Below are positions 38,935 through 40,770 of a stretch of 40,770 nt of DNA, piece by piece (position 1 is the first letter of the stretch; the number at the start of each line of letters is the position of its first letter). Position numbers and translations under genes: made by a program. The notes below the pieces were generated by a model, which ran no database searches, was not told the origin of the DNA, and worked only from the letters and a program-made list of their open reading frames with translations. The stretch comes from an uncultured Streptococcus sp. (GTDB taxonomy: Bacteria > Bacillota > Bacilli > Lactobacillales > Streptococcaceae): the NCBI GenBank assembly GCA_902373455.1, contig CABKMC010000001.1, forward strand, positions 1 to 40,770, read 5' to 3'.

Positions 38935-40718
38935 AAGTTTTCCCCCTTTACTTCTTTGAATGTAGGTTGTTGAACAAGTTCAAGTGTCTCTTGGTACCGC
39001 CCTTCTGTCTCAAAGACGATCAGGCTATTGGCTCCTTCTTTGAGGAAACCATGAGGCACGTAAAGTGAAGTGGTCGGTCCGACTTCCCAGAAGCGGCCAA
39101 GGTTATGGCCGTTGACAAAGACGACCCCTTTCCCAAATCCTGTCATATCCAGATAAGTGTCAAGGGCGTGATCCAGCTGAAAATCATATCGGTAAAATGC
39201 TGGAACACCTGCCTGCCATTCCTTTGAAAAATCGAGCTGACTGAGATCTTGTAAATCCAGTGGGTACTGTTTCCAATGAAGGTGGAAATGCAAATCCACA
39301 CAGACACCTGTGCGAATGCCCTTGTGCTGGCTATCAGCCAAGAGCTTGTGCCCGTAGTTGACACGTCCCATATTCTCAAGCAAGATTTTTAAATTCGTAA
39401 CCGCTTTCTTTTTTCCTTTGATAAAAAGATCTTCACCGATCTCTGTTTGGTATTGTGTTGCTACATGTTGATCATCCAGGTAAATCTGTACCCGATCCCG
39501 ACCATCAATGATGCGCAATTTTTCTTCTTCCGCATCCAACTCAAGGACTGTCTCATATAGGAGATAACCTGTGGTTTGCCCCAGCTCTTCCATCTTTTCA
39601 GGATAAAGGCTGGTCTCGACCTGAGCTAAATTGTCCAGATTTCCAAAAAGACTAGTCTTGGCTGCCAATTGCAAGGTTTGTTCTGGCAAACACTCTTTGA
39701 TGAGTGGTTCTTGCTGTGGGTATTCCGGATAATAGGTCGCCATCATTTTTTGAATGGCATCATACTTCTCCGTCGGATTGCCCTGCTCATTGAGCAAAGC
39801 CCCATAGTCATAGGACGTCACCTGTGGCAAGTCGAGCGTTCCCCGAGCTGAGCAACCATTCATGAAGCCGAAATTGGTTCCGCCATGAAACATATAGAGG
39901 TTGATGGAACCAAGCTCCAAGACCTCATGGACAGCTTCTGCCAACTCCTCTGGGTCCCTTTGAATCACGGGTTCCTTCCAGCGGGTAAACCAGCCATCCC
40001 AGAATTCCATACACATCAAGGGCCATTTCTTGCCGTATTCGTCAAAGAATTCTTTCATCTGACCGAAGTTATAGGCTGCTTTGGAACCGAAGTTTCCCGT
40101 CACAAAGAGGTCTTCTTCGATCAAGGTTCCTGTTCTTAGCGTTGCTCGCCATGGTCCATCTGATGTAAAGAGAGGACAGGTCACGCCTTTTTCCTTCATC
40201 AAATCCCGAATGGCACGAAGATAATCCTTATCCTCTCCATAAGAGCCGTACTCATTTTCCACCTGCATCATGAGGATTGGACCACCCTGATCCACTTGGT
40301 AGGGTGTCAACAAGCCAAGCAAGCGATCATAATAACGATCCACCGCTTCGATAAAGGCTGGGTCTGATGAGCGGATTCGCAGGTCTTCTTCTAAGAGCCA
40401 GGCTGGTAATCCACCAAATTCCCACTCTGCACAGATAAAGGGCGACGGCCTTACAATCATGTAAAGTCCTAGGGACTGGGCTGTTTGAATGAAATGCTCT
40501 AGATCCAATCGACCACTAAAATCAAACTGCCCTTTGCGGGGTTCATGCGCATTCCAAGGGACATAGGTCTCAACCGTGTTGAACCCCAATGCCTTTAGAT
40601 TATACAAGGAATGATACCAGTCTGCTGGGTCAATTCGGAAATAATGGATCGCTCCGGATAAAATCTTGAAGGGTTGATCTTTTAAATAGAAAGCATCGCG
40701 AATCTCAAAAACTCCCAT
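38931..40718 (-). CDS. bgaC: GH35 beta-galactosidase
   Basis: SGAIHYFR; QVENEYG; MEFWDGWF; YMFHGGTNFG. Confidence 0.95.
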   Translation of the reverse strand: MGVFEIRDAFYLKDQPFKILSGAIHYFRIDPADWYHSLYNLKALGFNTVETYVPWNAHEPRKGQFDFSGRLDLEHFIQTAQSLGLYMIVRPSPFICAEWEFGGLPAWLLEEDLRIRSSDPAFIEAVDRYYDRLLGLLTPYQVDQGGPILMMQVENEYGSYGEDKDYLRAIRDLMKEKGVTCPLFTSDGPWRATLRTGTLIEEDLFVTGNFGSKAAYNFGQMKEFFDEYGKKWPLMCMEFWDGWFTRWKEPVIQRDPEELAEAVHEVLELGSINLYMFHGGTNFGFMNGCSARGTLDLPQVTSYDYGALLNEQGNPTEKYDAIQKMMATYYPEYPQQEPLIKECLPEQTLQLAAKTSLFGNLDNLAQVETSLYPEKMEELGQTTGYLLYETVLELDAEEEKLRIIDGRDRVQIYLDDQHVATQYQTEIGEDLFIKGKKKAVTNLKILLENMGRVNYGHKLLADSQHKGIRTGVCVDLHFHLHWKQYPLDLQDLSQLDFSKEWQAGVPAFYRYDFQLDHALDTYLDMTGFGKGVVFVNGHNLGRFWEVGPTTSLYVPHGFLKEGANSLIVFETEGRYQETLELVQQPTFKEVKGENL

Positions 40719-40738
40719 AAACGCCCCCCTTTCTTATA

Positions 40739-40752
40739 TGTAACCCTTTTCA
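40739..40752. promoter_or_regulatory. cre site upstream of bgaC
   Basis: TGTAACCCTTTTCA. Confidence 0.6.
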
Positions 40753-40770
40753 TTTATTAATATAATAAAT

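Overview
Chromosomal segment of an oral Streptococcus (sanguinis/parasanguinis-like; inferred from gene content and CiaR/csRNA, CcpA and Rex signals). Left to right: an AT-rich islet (truncated XRE-HTH gene, histidine phosphatase, solo IS256-like end), an orphan sdpR-sdpI immunity pair, two tandem CiaR-dependent csRNAs, a CynX-like MFS transporter, a Sip-like LysM protein, a complete Na+-type V-ATPase operon with a GNAT acetyltransferase embedded in it, a sialic acid uptake/catabolism cluster (nanE-ABC-yhcH-DUF624-nanA-nanK plus an RpiR regulator), an internally deleted Zn-alcohol dehydrogenase remnant, a three-gene all-helical module resembling a toxin-less 'reverse-LXG' type VII secretion substrate with two partners, adhE, LMW-PTP/MORN/OatA, DUF925, ruvB, a third csRNA, and the bgaC-PTS-agaS-galM operon. 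The most unusual signals are the T7SS-like trio without a toxin domain, a covarying ~70-bp hairpin repeat that follows all three csRNAs, and the GNAT coupled inside the V-ATPase operon. Family assignments come from motif recognition and memory; no searches were run.
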